A DNA stretch of 64,000 nt from Neodothiora populina (Eukaryota). The DNA is taken from NCBI RefSeq assembly GCF_041146345.1, contig NW_027191409.1, positions 1,364,001 through 1,428,000 of the forward strand, written 5' to 3'. The notes beneath the pieces are model-generated. The model had not been told where the DNA came from. It saw only the letters and a list, made by a program, of their open reading frames with translations, and made no database searches. The position numbers and the translations under genes were made by a program. Below, one piece after another: positions 35,792 to 49,301 of this stretch; positions within the stretch are counted from its first letter, which is position 1; each line of letters starts with the position of its first letter.

Positions 35792-36344
35792 TTCAAGACA
35801 GAGGAACGCTGGGGAAGAGGAAGGTACGTATGGAAAGTTGTTGTTCTATTGTGAGAGGCAAGGTAATGAGGCAGTAGTGAAGGGTTAAGCAAGGGAAATG
35901 CAACGAGCAATTCAGGACAACAAAACTCCGAGTGAAGAGGAAGGTACGCTTGATGAATTGTTGCTTAGAGGTGAAAGGTAAGGTAAGGTCAGGGAGAGAG
36001 AGGTGGTGATGGAAGCTAAGGTAAGGTACGGCTCAGAGGTGTTGCCAGGTTCTCAAAAACAATTGAAAAGCTGTGTACGGCGCTGCTGACACTGTCGTCG
36101 TGTAAACACATGAGGATGCGAGGAAGGAGCGACCGACTGACCATGAATGAACAGGCACATGCGAACGCAAACAGGGGTAGAGTGCCGAGATGAAAGCTAC
36201 ACGCGCAATGGAGCACATTTGTGCTGTTTTGGTATTAGACCTGAAGGATAGATAAGGGGAAAGAGGAATGATGAAGTAGAACTTGTGAAATAGCTGTGAT
36301 CTTCTTCGGATTCGAGGGAGGCTGTATGGTGGTGTATAGATCCT

Positions 36345-39221
36345 CTATGCTTCCATCTGCTGCAGCGTCCAAGCGAGCACCCATTTCTCCTCGGCCATCT
36401 TTTCTAGCCTTCCATAGTGTCGCTCGGTGTATGCTTTGAGACCATCAACAACGTCTTTGATGTTCTCGTTCTTACCGCCTTTAGGTGCTTTATCTGCAAG
36501 TGCCATGCTCTCTACTCCCTCGGCCAACTCATCCTCTTCGACAACCTGCTTCTTGCCTCGCTTCTTTCGTAATTGCACAAATTTCTCCTTGGGGTAGAGT
36601 CTGAACAGCGCAAACATGATCCTCTGGCTGACTCTCGCGGTCCTGGCACTGGCGTTCCAGTCCCTGAGTCTGCACAGTAACGTCCAGAGTTGCTCCTCAC
36701 TCAAGGTAGCCAACACTTCATCGACACCAGCAACACCAGTGAAACTTCGCTCGTCCTTCTTGGGCGAGTCCAGAACACGAGTGAAGAGATCGAGCAGGCG
36801 CTTGGGGTGGTCGAGTTGCAACGCCAATACAATAGCCTCGCGGTAGTTTTGGGAGTGGATGTAGTTTTGCAATGCCTGGTCTTGCTCGACACGAGCGGTG
36901 GCGCGCGAAGCGGACGCTTCGGATGTAAGGAGAGTTGTGTCGGTCCAGAACGTCAACGTGGCGTCGGCAGATCCTGACACCATCTCCAGAGGTGACTCCG
37001 TTGACTCATCGTCCGCGTCCTCTTCGTCATTCTCCTTGCTAACCTTCTGGGTGATGTTGCGTGTAGGTTTCACAGCAAGTGCCCAAACCCTGTCGATGTG
37101 GTTATCGAGCGTGGTAGCACATTCGCCGCTCTGAGCATCCCAGATCTTGACGAGTCCATCACCTGCAGCACTCGCCACTTGAACTCCACGACTTCCACGC
37201 TTCTTCTCCGAGTTCTTACTCGCAGGTAGCCAAATAGTCTTTAGCACGCTGTTGGTGTGACCTTCGAAGGTGCGGATACAGCTGTAATCGTTGAGACTCC
37301 ATATCCGCACGGTCTTGTCTCCGCTGCCAGTGACCGCCATACCCTTGTTGCCGCTACTTGATCCATCGTCTCCAGAAATGGCTGGAGTCGAGGGAGGCGA
37401 GAAGGCAATAGACCACACACCACGCTTGTGTCCTCTCAAAACACCGACCGACTCTCCTGACTCGAGATCCCAGATCTTCACGGTACGATCCTGCGAGGCG
37501 GATGCAAAGAGAGGAACTGTGGCTGAGTAATTTGTATCGATTGCGTTGATGTCTTTGTCGTGAGCTTTTCGGGTATATGTTGCGCGAACAGCCTTCACAG
37601 ACGCAGCGGCCTTGAGTGAGCTGATGTCCCAGCGTTTGATGGTTTTGTCTTGACTTCCCGTGATGAGGTAGACTGGTGGGTGTTCGAGAGGGTTTGCGTA
37701 GGCGGCCGATCCGACTGGAGGAATGGCATGGGGCAGGGCGACAGCGCTGATGGATTCTGCGTGTCCGGTGAAAGTGGCGAAGCAAGTGAAAGACATGTTT
37801 TCCGGATCAAGTCGCCACAGCTTTGCGGTGTTATCCTTGGCTCCTGTTGCGAGCCAGTGACCCGACCAGTCCGAGTCGATGGTGATGATGATTTCGGTAT
37901 GGCCTTTCAGGGTGGCAACATCGGCACCGAAGTAAGTGGCCTTTGACAAGTCCCCAGGATCGCTGACTTCCTCACTCTTAAGGGAGATGAGTCTGATATC
38001 CTCGAGGTTCGTTGCCAGAGCGAGCATGGAGCTGTCTTTGCCGACATATGCGAGATCGATGACTTCATCGTGAGTGCCGGAGATCTGGCGAATGATGGGC
38101 AGAGGCGGGATACTGGCAGGCACATCTGTTTGTACAAGGGGTTCCAGGGAGTGCAGAACAAGAGTCTGGTCGACATGAACAGACAAGAGGAAGGGAAGGC
38201 CAGGGTAGTGTAGGACGTCGAGTATGGCTTCGGTTTCGACACCAGGTTCCTGCTCTTGCGTCCGCTCCGTGCCCGTGGCATCCCAGATACGTATCCGTGC
38301 ATTCTCACCAGCGGTGTAGAAGAAATCTCCGTTGGCGACAAAGCCAGCCCGCTCGACGGTCTCCAGGATGGGCGTAGTCTTCAGAGCCTGCCAGCTGGTC
38401 GAGCTCCAGGCGATGACGGTCTTGTCTCTGCTGGCGGAAAGAAGGACTTGTCGTTGAGGAGAGTAGTCGAGACTCCTGACAACGGAAACATGAGAGTCGA
38501 GAGTGGCGATGGCCTTGCGCTTGTGCAGATCCCAGACCTTGACCTTTCCATCTTCTCCTCCAGAAGCGAGACGGAAGGAGATGGCCGACTCGTCTACCGC
38601 ATCTTCGTCTCCCGACCGACTCTTCCTCTTGCGTGACTTTGGCTGAGCGTCCGAGGACGAGGACGAGGTCTCGACCCGGAAGAAGTGGAGAGCAGAGATG
38701 ATGCCGCTGTGGCCGTGCAGAGTGTGGGTGGTGAAGCCTGCGCGGATGTCCCAGACCTTGACGACACCGTCTGCGCCGCCAGTGGCCAGGAGAGTTCCGG
38801 TAGAGTCGACGGCTGCCACAACGACGGGTGCGGCGTGCGGCTTGAGTGTTCGAAGCAATCGCACTTCTATCGTGGCATCGTCGGAGGCTGAAGGGGAGAG
38901 TGCGAAGATGCGCATGGACAGCGATCGTGAACAGATTATCAGGAACGAGGCATCGGGGGTGACTGAAAGAGTAGTCACACTTTCTCCGTCCTGTTCTCTT
39001 GGTCAGTTGGATTTATACATCGTAGAATAGAAGGATGCACTCACGCCTTCTATCCTTGCCAAGTGCTGTCCGGTAGCCAGATCACTCAGCAGAACCTCCT
39101 CTCCCAGACTCGAGGCCAGTATGCGACCATCCTGATTCAGAGCGACGGGGCCGCCAGTGTAGATTGGTTGGATGACTCTGCTGGGGTCGAATGTCGTTTT
39201 TAATTCCGCCTTGTACGCCAT
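36345..39221 (-). CDS. UTP13: U3 snoRNA-associated WD40 protein Utp13/TBL3
   Basis: IQPIYTGG start exon; many WD repeats (LATGGADGVVKVWD, KAHDKDINAID, GHKRGVW, GHTNSVLK); Utp13 C-domain AIVLALQLDHP...RDWN...AYTERHY. Confidence 0.95.
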
Positions 39222-39663
39222 TTTTTAATTGATTTCGTTCTTCCTTTGATCAAGCGACGGGGACAGTCACGAGCATGGGAACCACAGCACCGTCCTGCGG
39301 GTGTCTAAGTGTAATGCTGGTCGAGGGATTCCTGGAGTATGTGGCAGCGCAAGCAGATATCGTACAGAATTGCAATAATCCGAATAATTAATTATTTGAA
39401 GATAACTTTGGGAAGTAAATGTCGAAAAGTCGGCGGAATCTGGGGTAGAATGGCCCGTGCCCGACTTGACATCGTCCAGGCATCCAGGTCCGCGGTCTGT
39501 GCTTTCAGGCATCCACAATCTGGCGCGTCACTTCGCAGATGCCTGATGCAACCTCCGAAGCTAAGAGCAGCTCCTCCGCAACATCATCACCATTACAACT
39601 ATCTGATTGACGATATCATCAACCTCTGCATTCATCAACTCTCACACAAATTCACCAGCAATC

Positions 39664-40394
39664 ATGTCAGTAGATCGCAGACACATCTCGGATGTTCAGC
39701 GACAGCTGCTAACTCCAGTCCAGGGAGGTACTTCTGGGAATCACGGGCAAGGACTTCACCATCATCGCCTCGTCCAAGGCAGCTATGCGTGGTGCATCCA
39801 TCCTCAAGACAAACGACGACAAGACCCGCCGGTTAAACAAGCACACGCTCATGGCCTTTAGTGGCGAGGCTGGCGACACCGGTATCTTTTGATTTGTTAT
39901 CCATCGCCACGAGCTGCCCGCTGATCATCTCAAACACAGTCCAATTCGCCGAATACGTACAAGCAAACACCCAACTCTACAGCATGCGCAACGACGTCGA
40001 CCTCTCGCCCGATGCCACCGCCTCATTCGTGCGCACCGAATTAGCCAAGGCCCTGCGGTCAAGGAAGCCCTACAACGTCAACCTGCTCCTCGGCGGCTAC
40101 GATGTCATCCACGACAAGCCCTGCCTCTACTGGTGCGACTACCTCGCCTCGCTGGCACCCCTACCCTATGCCGCACACGGCTACGCCCAATACTACTGTC
40201 TCTCTCTGCTCGACAAACACCACAACCCCAACATCAGCTTCGACGAGGGCATGAAGATCCTGAGAATGTGCACAGACGAGTTGAAGAGACGTCTGCCCAT
40301 TGATTTCAAGGGTGTCCACGTCAAGGTCATCACCAAGGACGGCATCAGAGAACAAGAATACAACGCCGACGAGTACCCTGTCTACGCCCCGTAA
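39664..40394 (+). CDS. PRE1: 20S proteasome subunit beta-4
   Basis: AT|G split by intron 39666-39723, then MEVLLGITGKDF...SGEAGDTVQFAEY (intron 39882-39939), YAAHGYAQYY, ELKRRLPIDFKG. Confidence 0.95.
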
Positions 40395-40882
40395 TCACGC
40401 CTGTTCTACCCTAGCAGGGAAACCCTTGAGCTCTGGAGATATTATTGAAAGGACTCCCCGATATGCGCATGGTTTCACCAGGCACCAGCATGGGCGTTTC
40501 TGATGGCAGCATCAGCAAGTCAAGGCGGCTGGAGCTGTTGGAGTGCCCTAGAAGAGAAAGTACCATGTCTTGCGCGCGCAAGAAGGGCACAGTATAGATA
40601 ACACAATACACGCACACTCACAAGCCTGGGCCTTTCGACCACAACACCATCGAGCTCTTGGCCCAACGGGAGTGATATATGTGTGAGAGGTGTGTGCAAG
40701 AGAGTGTAGGAAATAGCCACGAAATGAAATGCATCAAACAAAAGACAGAAAAAAACACAATCTAATTAATCCACCGCTTCCTTTCCTCCTTGACTTCAGT
40801 CACGGCCCTCACTCCTTCGTGCCCACCAAAGCAGGGTGAAGCGACCATCATCAGCATGGCTAGGGCCGCTAGACGCAAGAAA

Positions 40883-40888
40883 TATATA
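40883..40888 (+). promoter_or_regulatory. TATA element about 29 nt upstream of the 5S rRNA gene
   Basis: TATATA at the position known for dispersed Neurospora-type 5S genes. Confidence 0.65.
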
Positions 40889-40911
40889 CCGCGCGAGAGG
40901 ACAGGAATGTC

Positions 40912-41030
40912 ACGTACGGCCACAGGCAGCTGAGAACTGGGCATCCCGTCCGCTCTGCCAGACATAAGCAGTTGACCGGCTGATTAGTACTACGGTGGGT
41001 GACCACGTGGGAATCCCAGCTGCTGTACGT
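40912..41030 (+). rRNA. Dispersed 5S rRNA gene
   Basis: ~119 nt with terminal helix ACGTACGGC/GCTGTACGT, conserved ATCCCGTCCGCTCT, TAAGC, TTAGTACT, GGGTGACC and GAATCC blocks; T-rich 3' flank. Confidence 0.95.
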
Positions 41031-41363
41031 TTCTCCTTTGTATTTCTTTTTGTTGATATCATTTCACTCTCTGTTGTCCACTTGCTTCTTCTGACCTTTC
41101 CTTGACTCTCCTGTTTCCTTTTTTTCTCTACTTCAGATCATGTGATGCATATACAATGATGTATTGCTTCTATACGTGTATAAATGTATATATTATGTAT
41201 GCACATGTCCGTCAATCATCTACATCATCGCAGGATCCATCATGAAATCCGCAGAAAGGGGTATATATTAAAGAAAAATGCAAAGGTGAGCAGCAGGGTC
41301 GTTCTTATAGGCTTGCCACATCCCTGTGCAAATCATGAAAAGCATCGGCACTGATTCCGCTCA

Positions 41364-44300
41364 TCAGAGACGTATGGGAATGCCGATTGGTTGCTGCGGC
41401 GGCAACACGACCTCTACTTGTCCCTGCGCGTTGTGCTTGTCCACGAGTGCCATCATACGTGGGACGAGTTGAGGCATGCGGAATGGTTTGGTCTAGTACA
41501 CAAGCTAACGTTAGTCTCATGTTCAGCCGCAGAGAAGAAACATGCACTTACCACGACTTCATCCATTCCCGCCTTGATACAAGCAATGATTTGGTCCGGC
41601 CTGGCATTGGCTGTTATACCAATAATGGGCACATGGCGCGAGATCTCGCCAGTCTTCTGGAGCTCGCGGATCTGTCTCGCGCATGTCAATCCGTCCATGA
41701 TAGGCATCTCCACATCGAGAAGGACCACGGACAGAGGTATTTTGCCCGTCGCAGCCGGACCGAGGAAAGTCGTGGTTCTCAGCAGTTCCAAGCCGTCTAG
41801 ACCATGATCGGCCACGTGGACCATGGCGCAGCCCATCCTGCGAAGCTGTTGTGCCATGACTCTTTGGTTGATGGCGTTGTCTTCGACGACTAGTGGATAA
41901 AATCAGCAATCTTCTCTTACTCAATCACCTCGAATATGCTCACCAAGCACATGCAAGTCCTGCATCGTTATTTTGCATATCGTTGAGGTCTCCGTAGTTT
42001 CTGCGTGATTCAGAATCGGTGTTGCTGAGATATCTACCGGCTGCGAGGCTCGCTGTATTGCCTCTGGTGGTGGGTCTAGACGCGCGCTTTTGATATAGAA
42101 TGCAAAGGTGCTACCTTTACCAGACTCGCTATGAACTCCAACCTGGCCACCTTGAAGTTCGATCAGCTCCCTGCTGATGAACAAGCCTAAGCCGCTACCA
42201 CCATACTTAAAAAATTCACATGTCAGCTGACACGTACGATGTCAAAGTGGGTGTACCTGCTTACTTGTTTGTATGTCTTCGGGGAGGCTTGAGTGAACCG
42301 ATGGAAGAGGTGCTCCATCTCAGCTCTGGTAAGGCCGCATCCAGTATCCTCAACACTGAAGCATAAAAAGATCTCTTCGCCTACAGGACCATTGTATGTT
42401 GCGACAGATCGCACTTGCGCATCGTCACGCTTCTTGTCACGAGGCTCGATGAACGTGACGGAACAGTCACCACTAGTAGGCTTCAACTGTGATGCTGCGA
42501 TGCTGATGGTGATATGTCGCGTACTCGAGCTCTGAGTGAACTTGACGGCATTTGTGACGAGATTGATCAGAACCTGCGAGAGTCTGCCGGGGTCTGCAAA
42601 AACATAGTTGACTGCGAGGTCATGGTAGCTTTGTTTGATTTTGAGTGATGCTTGAATATCGGCATGCTCGAGCTCTGCCTTGACCATTCTGAGCACCGAT
42701 TCCACTATCGTAGGCGGCTGAACTCTGTCCAAAGCCAGCACCAGAAGTTTCGAGTCCAGCTTGGAGAAAGTCAATACTTCATCGATGATGTTCTTTTGAT
42801 GTTTAGCACAGAGTGTGATCGTCTGTGCTGAGTCGACAAGCGAAAGTCGGGCACCTGGCGTAAGTATACAGGAACCTTCTTCTGTGGCAGATGGCAGAGA
42901 TAAGAGAACGTTGTCCGCTAGCTGTAATATCGACGACAATGGATTTCGCATCTCATGAGATACCTGTATTCATGTCAGAAGGCGGTCGCAGCGATGTTCA
43001 TGTACAAGTCCTGAATGCAGGTTCAACTGAGGACGAAAAACCCATACCATATCAATGAAGTTCTCCGAGCTTCTCTTGTTTTCCAACGCGTCCGCAAGTC
43101 TTTCTTCCACCAATGAATCTGTGAGCTTCCTGGAGGAGACGTCTGTGAGCCAGCCATACAAGGTGACTATGTTCCCATCATCATCCTGGCGTATCTCGAT
43201 GGCGGCCTCGAGCCATCTATATCCACTCGCGGAAGATGGCGATTTGACGCGAAATTCAACCTTGTCTGACATTCGGGTCTCCATCGCGGTTGCCCAGACC
43301 ATGTCCACTTTTTCAAGATCGTCTTCGTAAATGGCATCTCGCCAAGCAAATCCAGTTTCGGTGGCAGTATAGAATTCGGCTCTGCTCACTCCAAGAAGCC
43401 TGAGGTATGCGTCGTTGACATATAATGGATAACCGTCGCTGGCATGAATGCACATTCCCATTGGAGCGTCGCGAACCATCCTAGTGAAATTTTGTTCACT
43501 CTTCTCTGCCTTCGTGGTTGCAACTCCAAGCTGCTGCGACAGAGCAGCGGTGATCTCTTGAGCTTTGCGCTGCTCCATAGGTAGCGAAAGCAGGGTTGTT
43601 GACTTGAAGAACAAATCACGAACAGACTCTGCAAATTGGCGACCGCTAGGGTTTAGTGGTCGCATTGGGCTAGATCCCAATACCAGGACCGCGGTCACTT
43701 GGTGACCATCGAGGCCAACGATTGGTAAGAGGAAAGCAGTATTGACAACACCTACACCTGGAACATTAACCGCCAATTCAGGGGGCAGCTTCATCTTCCT
43801 CTGTTCCAAGACAACAACATTGTTCCTGGAGCGTTGCAATGCTGCAGCTATCGCCGGAGATACAGATGAATCTTGTGTATCTATGCCAAATGCAGCCTGG
43901 AGTCGAAGCGATGCTAGATCATTCGCTGATGAGATAGCCGAGGGCATAGCATATATCATTGCATATGATACATCATTTGACTTTTCTTCTAATGTGGTGA
44001 CGAATCTCGTCCAAAGGTCCTCCATACTGGAAGCCTTCGAGACATTCTGTAGAAGAGATGTGGACACTTCAAACCGATTCTCCTGCACGACAGTCTCAGT
44101 TATCTCAGTGAACTCGTTGACGAAGCCCATGAAGCGGCCCTCCGCAGAAGGAATCGGAAGGAATACGAAGTCGAAGAAAGCACTCTCGGGGAAACCATTG
44201 CGCGTTATAACAAGTTCGCGCCTTTTGTTGCGCACAGCTGTTCCTTTTCTAATTCCACGCTTGAGGATTTCGGTGAGCTCCTCGCGCATAGGAGCACCCC

Positions 44301-45165
44301 AGACATTGGCAAGCGGGTTCCCAAGAGGATATGGATGCATTTCGCCCACGAGAAACCTAGCGGCTGCATTGTAGAACATGTACAATTCTTCGCCCCAGTA
44401 CAGAACGCGAGGTTCGGTCGACGAAAGGATGGTAGCATATGTCTGACGTAGAATCGGATCCCAATCTCGCAAGGCTCCTACGGCTGTTGTCTCCCATTCG
44501 TGTTCGACCAGAAGTTTTATCCAGGGATCGGATGTGAGATGAGGGAATGAAAGCCAGTCGACCTTCAAGTCTCCTAGAGAGCCGCTGGTGCTGCCAATGC
44601 CTGCCGTGGACTCGAGAGTCGAGAAAGAGTCTAGAGTGCAGGAGTCCGAAGATGACCACGGGTCCACCTCATGACTCTCGACAGGCGGATCGGCAAGCGC
44701 GACCACCGGCACTTTATCTGCGTCTTGAATATCTAACTCCTCAAGCTCATGAGTGTCTTGTGGTCCAGACAATTGCGTTCCCAGTGAAGCGTCGACTTGC
44801 TGTCCGGGGTCATGACCTTGTCTGCAGAAAACCGCTGTCCATGCGCCTCCAATTCTCTTGCTTGACCAGACACGAGCGGCAAAGGTTCCTAGTACTTCGG
44901 TCCTAGAAACATGCTGTGATGAGCTATCGCCCGCAATATTCGAAAGTGTGTCTACCCAATTCAAGAAAAGTGAATCATGTGACGTCTCTGCAACGAGCGC
45001 ATCGAGTGCCGCATTGCGGAAAACAATCCTGGGCAAAGTCGACTGTTCGAGAACAAATGTAGGACGATCGTCATCATCAATGAAGTCGAGGAATATGCGT
45101 AGCTCCGGTATTTGTTTAGTTAAAGATGCACTGGAATGCCTTTGCAAAGTGGCCGGCGCCATCAT
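41364..45165 (-). CDS. Hybrid sensor histidine kinase (PAS + HisKA + HATPase + receiver)
   Basis: PAS-like YVNDAY...YRWLE; H-box [13 protein letters not shown]-box [24 protein letters not shown]; receiver [25 protein letters not shown]; four introns. Confidence 0.93.
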
Positions 45166-47034
45166 TAGTTGGCAAGTGCCAAACACAATACAGACAATAA
45201 CGTGCTTCTGATCGCTTGTCGTTCTACATATCCTGATGGTTGTGGATCACAAGTCATAATTCCAAGGTAGCCATTTCTCAATGAACATGGTGCGACTGCA
45301 TATATAAAAGCCTCTCAATGGCAAAAATTAGTGTGTAATGAGTAGTCCTGATTTCTGAGTCGGACGACTCAATTGGTGCGTGGTACAGTGGAAACGTTAA
45401 AGATCTAGACTTGTAGACCCCTGCTCTCATGTCATGCCATAATAAAGCTAAAGGCTCTTTCTGATTCATGCCTCGATCAAAATGTATATCAAGATGACTT
45501 ACTGCGGCCTACCTTGACTTCGAATGTTGTTCGAACGTCATTGTTTTTATTTACAATCTCTTATACCTTTGTACATTTACTCTGGTAGAGATACTGTACC
45601 TTATGCTCACCCCACGGCCATACAGCTGTGCAGCAAGGAAGATCTGCAATAGCTACTTAAGCATTCTGTCGTCATCCGCCTTAAAGCTCAGACACGATCG
45701 ACATGCCTGTACTAGCTGTAGCACAGATTAAAACACCTTGGGCATCCACCGTGGTATTATTGCAATAACTATTGCACTTGTACACAGATCACGCATCACA
45801 GCAGGGAGGTCGTGTAGCGTCGCATATTTTGCTAATCACTACATGCAGACATCTTAGGTATGACCTCGCTACTTGGTGAAGATGTATGATCATGGTCATG
45901 TTCATCTGTCCTGCTACTTCGTATAATTAGAGGAGTCGATGAACAGGTCCATCGATAACCAGCCAATCATCTAACATTGACACAGTACTGTACCTTGTCA
46001 TTGCGCGTGCTAAAGCTGAACATAGTAGAGACTCCCGATCCAGCCTGGCTCCAAGGTGGCTCGCAGTCCTGTATGTGTTCAGCATAGGTAAGTCAGTCAT
46101 GGACGTGGTCATGATCGCTTCTGCTGATAATCTGGAGGTACAGTACCAAGGTAGGAGTACGACGAAACCGACATTATATCCTTCAGGCCACACCATAGCT
46201 TATGAGTCGATAAGTCGTCTAACCATATCAGATGCTGCAATGGCTTCCCCTTCGCAAGCCATTCCTAATCAGACAAGTGGTCTTCGAGCTACCATAATTG
46301 ACTGCAATGGCCTATACCAGGTGGCCGTCGATGTTATTGTACCAACGATGGTATGAGGCCCGCAAGGACCCACGAACAAGCTTCTTCGTACATTTTATAT
46401 CGTAAGCGAGGTCAAAAGTACTGTACTGTACCTTACCTTAGCTGAGCTTAGATACTGTACATGGACAACTATTGGCTGAAGCATCTGCTGTAAAGTACTT
46501 TAGATACTGGCATCTGCACTTGATAATTAAGACCTTCCTTCAAATATGTACAGTAATTTGCGCTTTACCCAACAAACATAACATACTGTAGTTCCCTTAG
46601 GCCACAGCGCACTAGGACGCGCCACTGGATTTTATAGCTTCTTCCAGCTATGTTAAGGACAGCAGCTGCTTTGATCACGCCGGACTGTGCAATGTGGAGA
46701 AGCGCGTAGCTACCTTTGGGGTCATTCGAGTAAGACAACCAGGCTGAGGTAGAGCGTCAACGGCCGGTGTGGAGCTGTTAGGAATGGCGCATGTCTTGCC
46801 CCGCGATTGAGCCCGATCACACTTTCATCATGGCAATATTGCAATGATGATCAAGCATGTCAGAAAAAGGTAGGTACCTACCGAGATAATGTAAGGCTAC
46901 CTGACATACTGTATTCATCTCGCTACCCGAGTGAGCGGAGATCTCGTCGCTCTGCCTCCAAGAACCACGTTTTATTCATGCTCAATTCCGTTTGAACCTT
47001 CGTACAATACGAACTCGATGTTGTTTCAAGGGTG

Positions 47035-48834
47035 ATGCTTCGTTCTACGGTGCTGCTTGCCGTTTCAGGCACCTTCCTGGAGCAGACGACGAGATTCGAG
47101 AGCATAATCTCACTAGCGGGCTCATTCCTCGTATGGTTTCTGGTCACACTTATCGTTCAGTTACCTATTATTCTCACTTGGAAGCTTCTCGTTTACCCAT
47201 TATATCTGAGCCCTTTTCTGAAGCTACCACAAGCACCGGTTAGTCTCACTTTTGAAAGCAATCCATGTCTCTACCAAAGTTCCACTGTTTGAAGAGTCGA
47301 AAGAAAGAAATACGTAATGACTGACTGAGTCCTCACTCACGCTCTTGTAGCAACCAAGATCATGGGAACGCTTTCTCAGAGAGCCCACAGCAGATGATTG
47401 CCTGAATTGGATGCAGACCATACCGAACGATGGCATGATACGCTATCTTGGTCTTCTGAATACGGAGAGAATACTCCTCACCAGCCCTCAGGGGATAGCA
47501 GAATGCTTGCAGACTAACCCATACAATTATGTCAAATCGAAAGGCATTCGAAGGATATTGCTATGGCTCCTTGGCGATGGCCTCGTTGTCTCGGAGGGAA
47601 GTGAACATAAGGTAGACTATCATTTGGTTCATTGCTGTGGCTTCTACAGCGACTAACGATTCCATTGTAGTATCAAAGAAAGTACATGATGACTGCCTTC
47701 AATTTTCGAAGAATCAAAGACCTTTACCCGTTGTTCTGGCATAAGGCCAGCGAATTCTGCCAGACATTGGATGATCATGTCCGAAAAGCTTCCAAGAATA
47801 CTGAAGTCAGTGTGGCTACAGTCGAGATTACCCAATGGAACTCTAGAGCATCACTAGACATCATTTGTGCTGCAGGATTTGGAGAAGACTCGAATGCTAT
47901 ACAAAATCCAGACTCTGAGTTCTATCGTAACTACAGGCTTGCTTTCATCCCAAGCGAAGGCGCGAAGAAAGTGCGACTCCTGGCTCTGCTCTTTCCAATC
48001 TGGGTATTGAGACGACTACCTATGCAGCGTATACAGGACATCCATGCCGCCGAAGGAGCAGTGAAAGAACAGATCCAGAAGCTCTTGGCCGAGAACCGGA
48101 GGGCCCTCGGCAAGAGCGACGCAAAGGAGAAGCTTGATATGATCTCTGGAGCCCTTCGTACGGGTGCATTCACTGACGAGAACCTTCTTGACCAGTCCAT
48201 GACATTGTTTGCAGCAGGGCATGAAACGGCCAGTAGTTCGTTGGGTTTTGCCATATATCTATTGGCAAAGAATCCTGACGTGCAACGAAGACTTCGTGAA
48301 GAAGTCCGGTCAAGGCTGCCCTCGCCGTCTGAACATGCCACGATGACGCCCGAAGTACTAGATTCACTAACATATCTACATGCAGTATGTCAGGAAAGTC
48401 TAAGACTATATAATCCTATTCCTATCCTGCATCGCACAGCTGTCGTGGATACGACTTTACTAGGAATGAAAATACCGAAAGGAACTGACATACGGATTCC
48501 TAGCTGGGCGCTTTCCAAATCAGAGCATCTATGGGGCAGCACAGCTCTACGATTCAGACCCGAGCGATGGCTGGAAGGTAGTAAGGAACAAGCCAGCAAA
48601 GGAGGCGCGGAAAGTCAGTACGGCTTCATGGCCTTTTCATATGGCGCGCGCAGTTGTATAGGTGCCGCGTTCGCCAAAGCCGAAATCGCGGCGTTGCTGG
48701 CTGCCGTTATTGGAAGATTCAATGTTGAGCTGGCTGATATGAGAGAGGACGAAGAATTGTTAGTTGAGCATGGAGTTGTAGTGAGGATCGAGCGGGGTTT
48801 AAATGTCAGGCTCACGCCTATCCCGGGGTGGTAA
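47035..48834 (+). CDS. Cytochrome P450 monooxygenase
   Basis: N-terminal TM segment; introns 47239-47350 and 47612-47670 keep frame; AGHETAS, ESLR, FRPERW, heme motif FSYGARSCIG. Confidence 0.93.
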
Positions 48835-49301
48835 TCGGAATTGGACAACATGATATCAGTGCCACAGGACAATACAAGATGCAGAGACTGTGCTCACTTG
48901 ACATTCGACTGCCTGCGCATTGTTGCGCAGAGGCCTGGTACTGCAAGGTCACTTAAAAAAAAAGGCAGGGAATTGAGTCACGGGCAATCTTAGAATTGTT
49001 GGCGGTTGTAAAGCGAATGTCGTTTGCAAGCAGCACTAATGAGGATGTGATTTGAAAATACTTTTATGATACGGTACCATGCACTGAGGTACCCAGCTAA
49101 GCTGAGAAGTCTCGGCGGAAAAGATTGTACAGAAGAGCGTTTGTCGATACGCGTGCGCGCGTTTCGACAACCTACCTTGCCTTTCAGTGCTTGTAGGGCT
49201 ATTATGAAATTGCCCTAAACAAGCCCGCGGCAATTCGCAGAATCTGATCTCAAGTGAATCCTCTCATAACATATTGAGAAAATGAAGACTCGAAATCGAA
49301 G

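Noticed and set aside
48974..48980. TGAGTCA Gcn4/CpcA-type site upstream of ADE17
   Set aside because: Single 7-mer ~940 bp away and separated from ADE17 by the snoRNA gene
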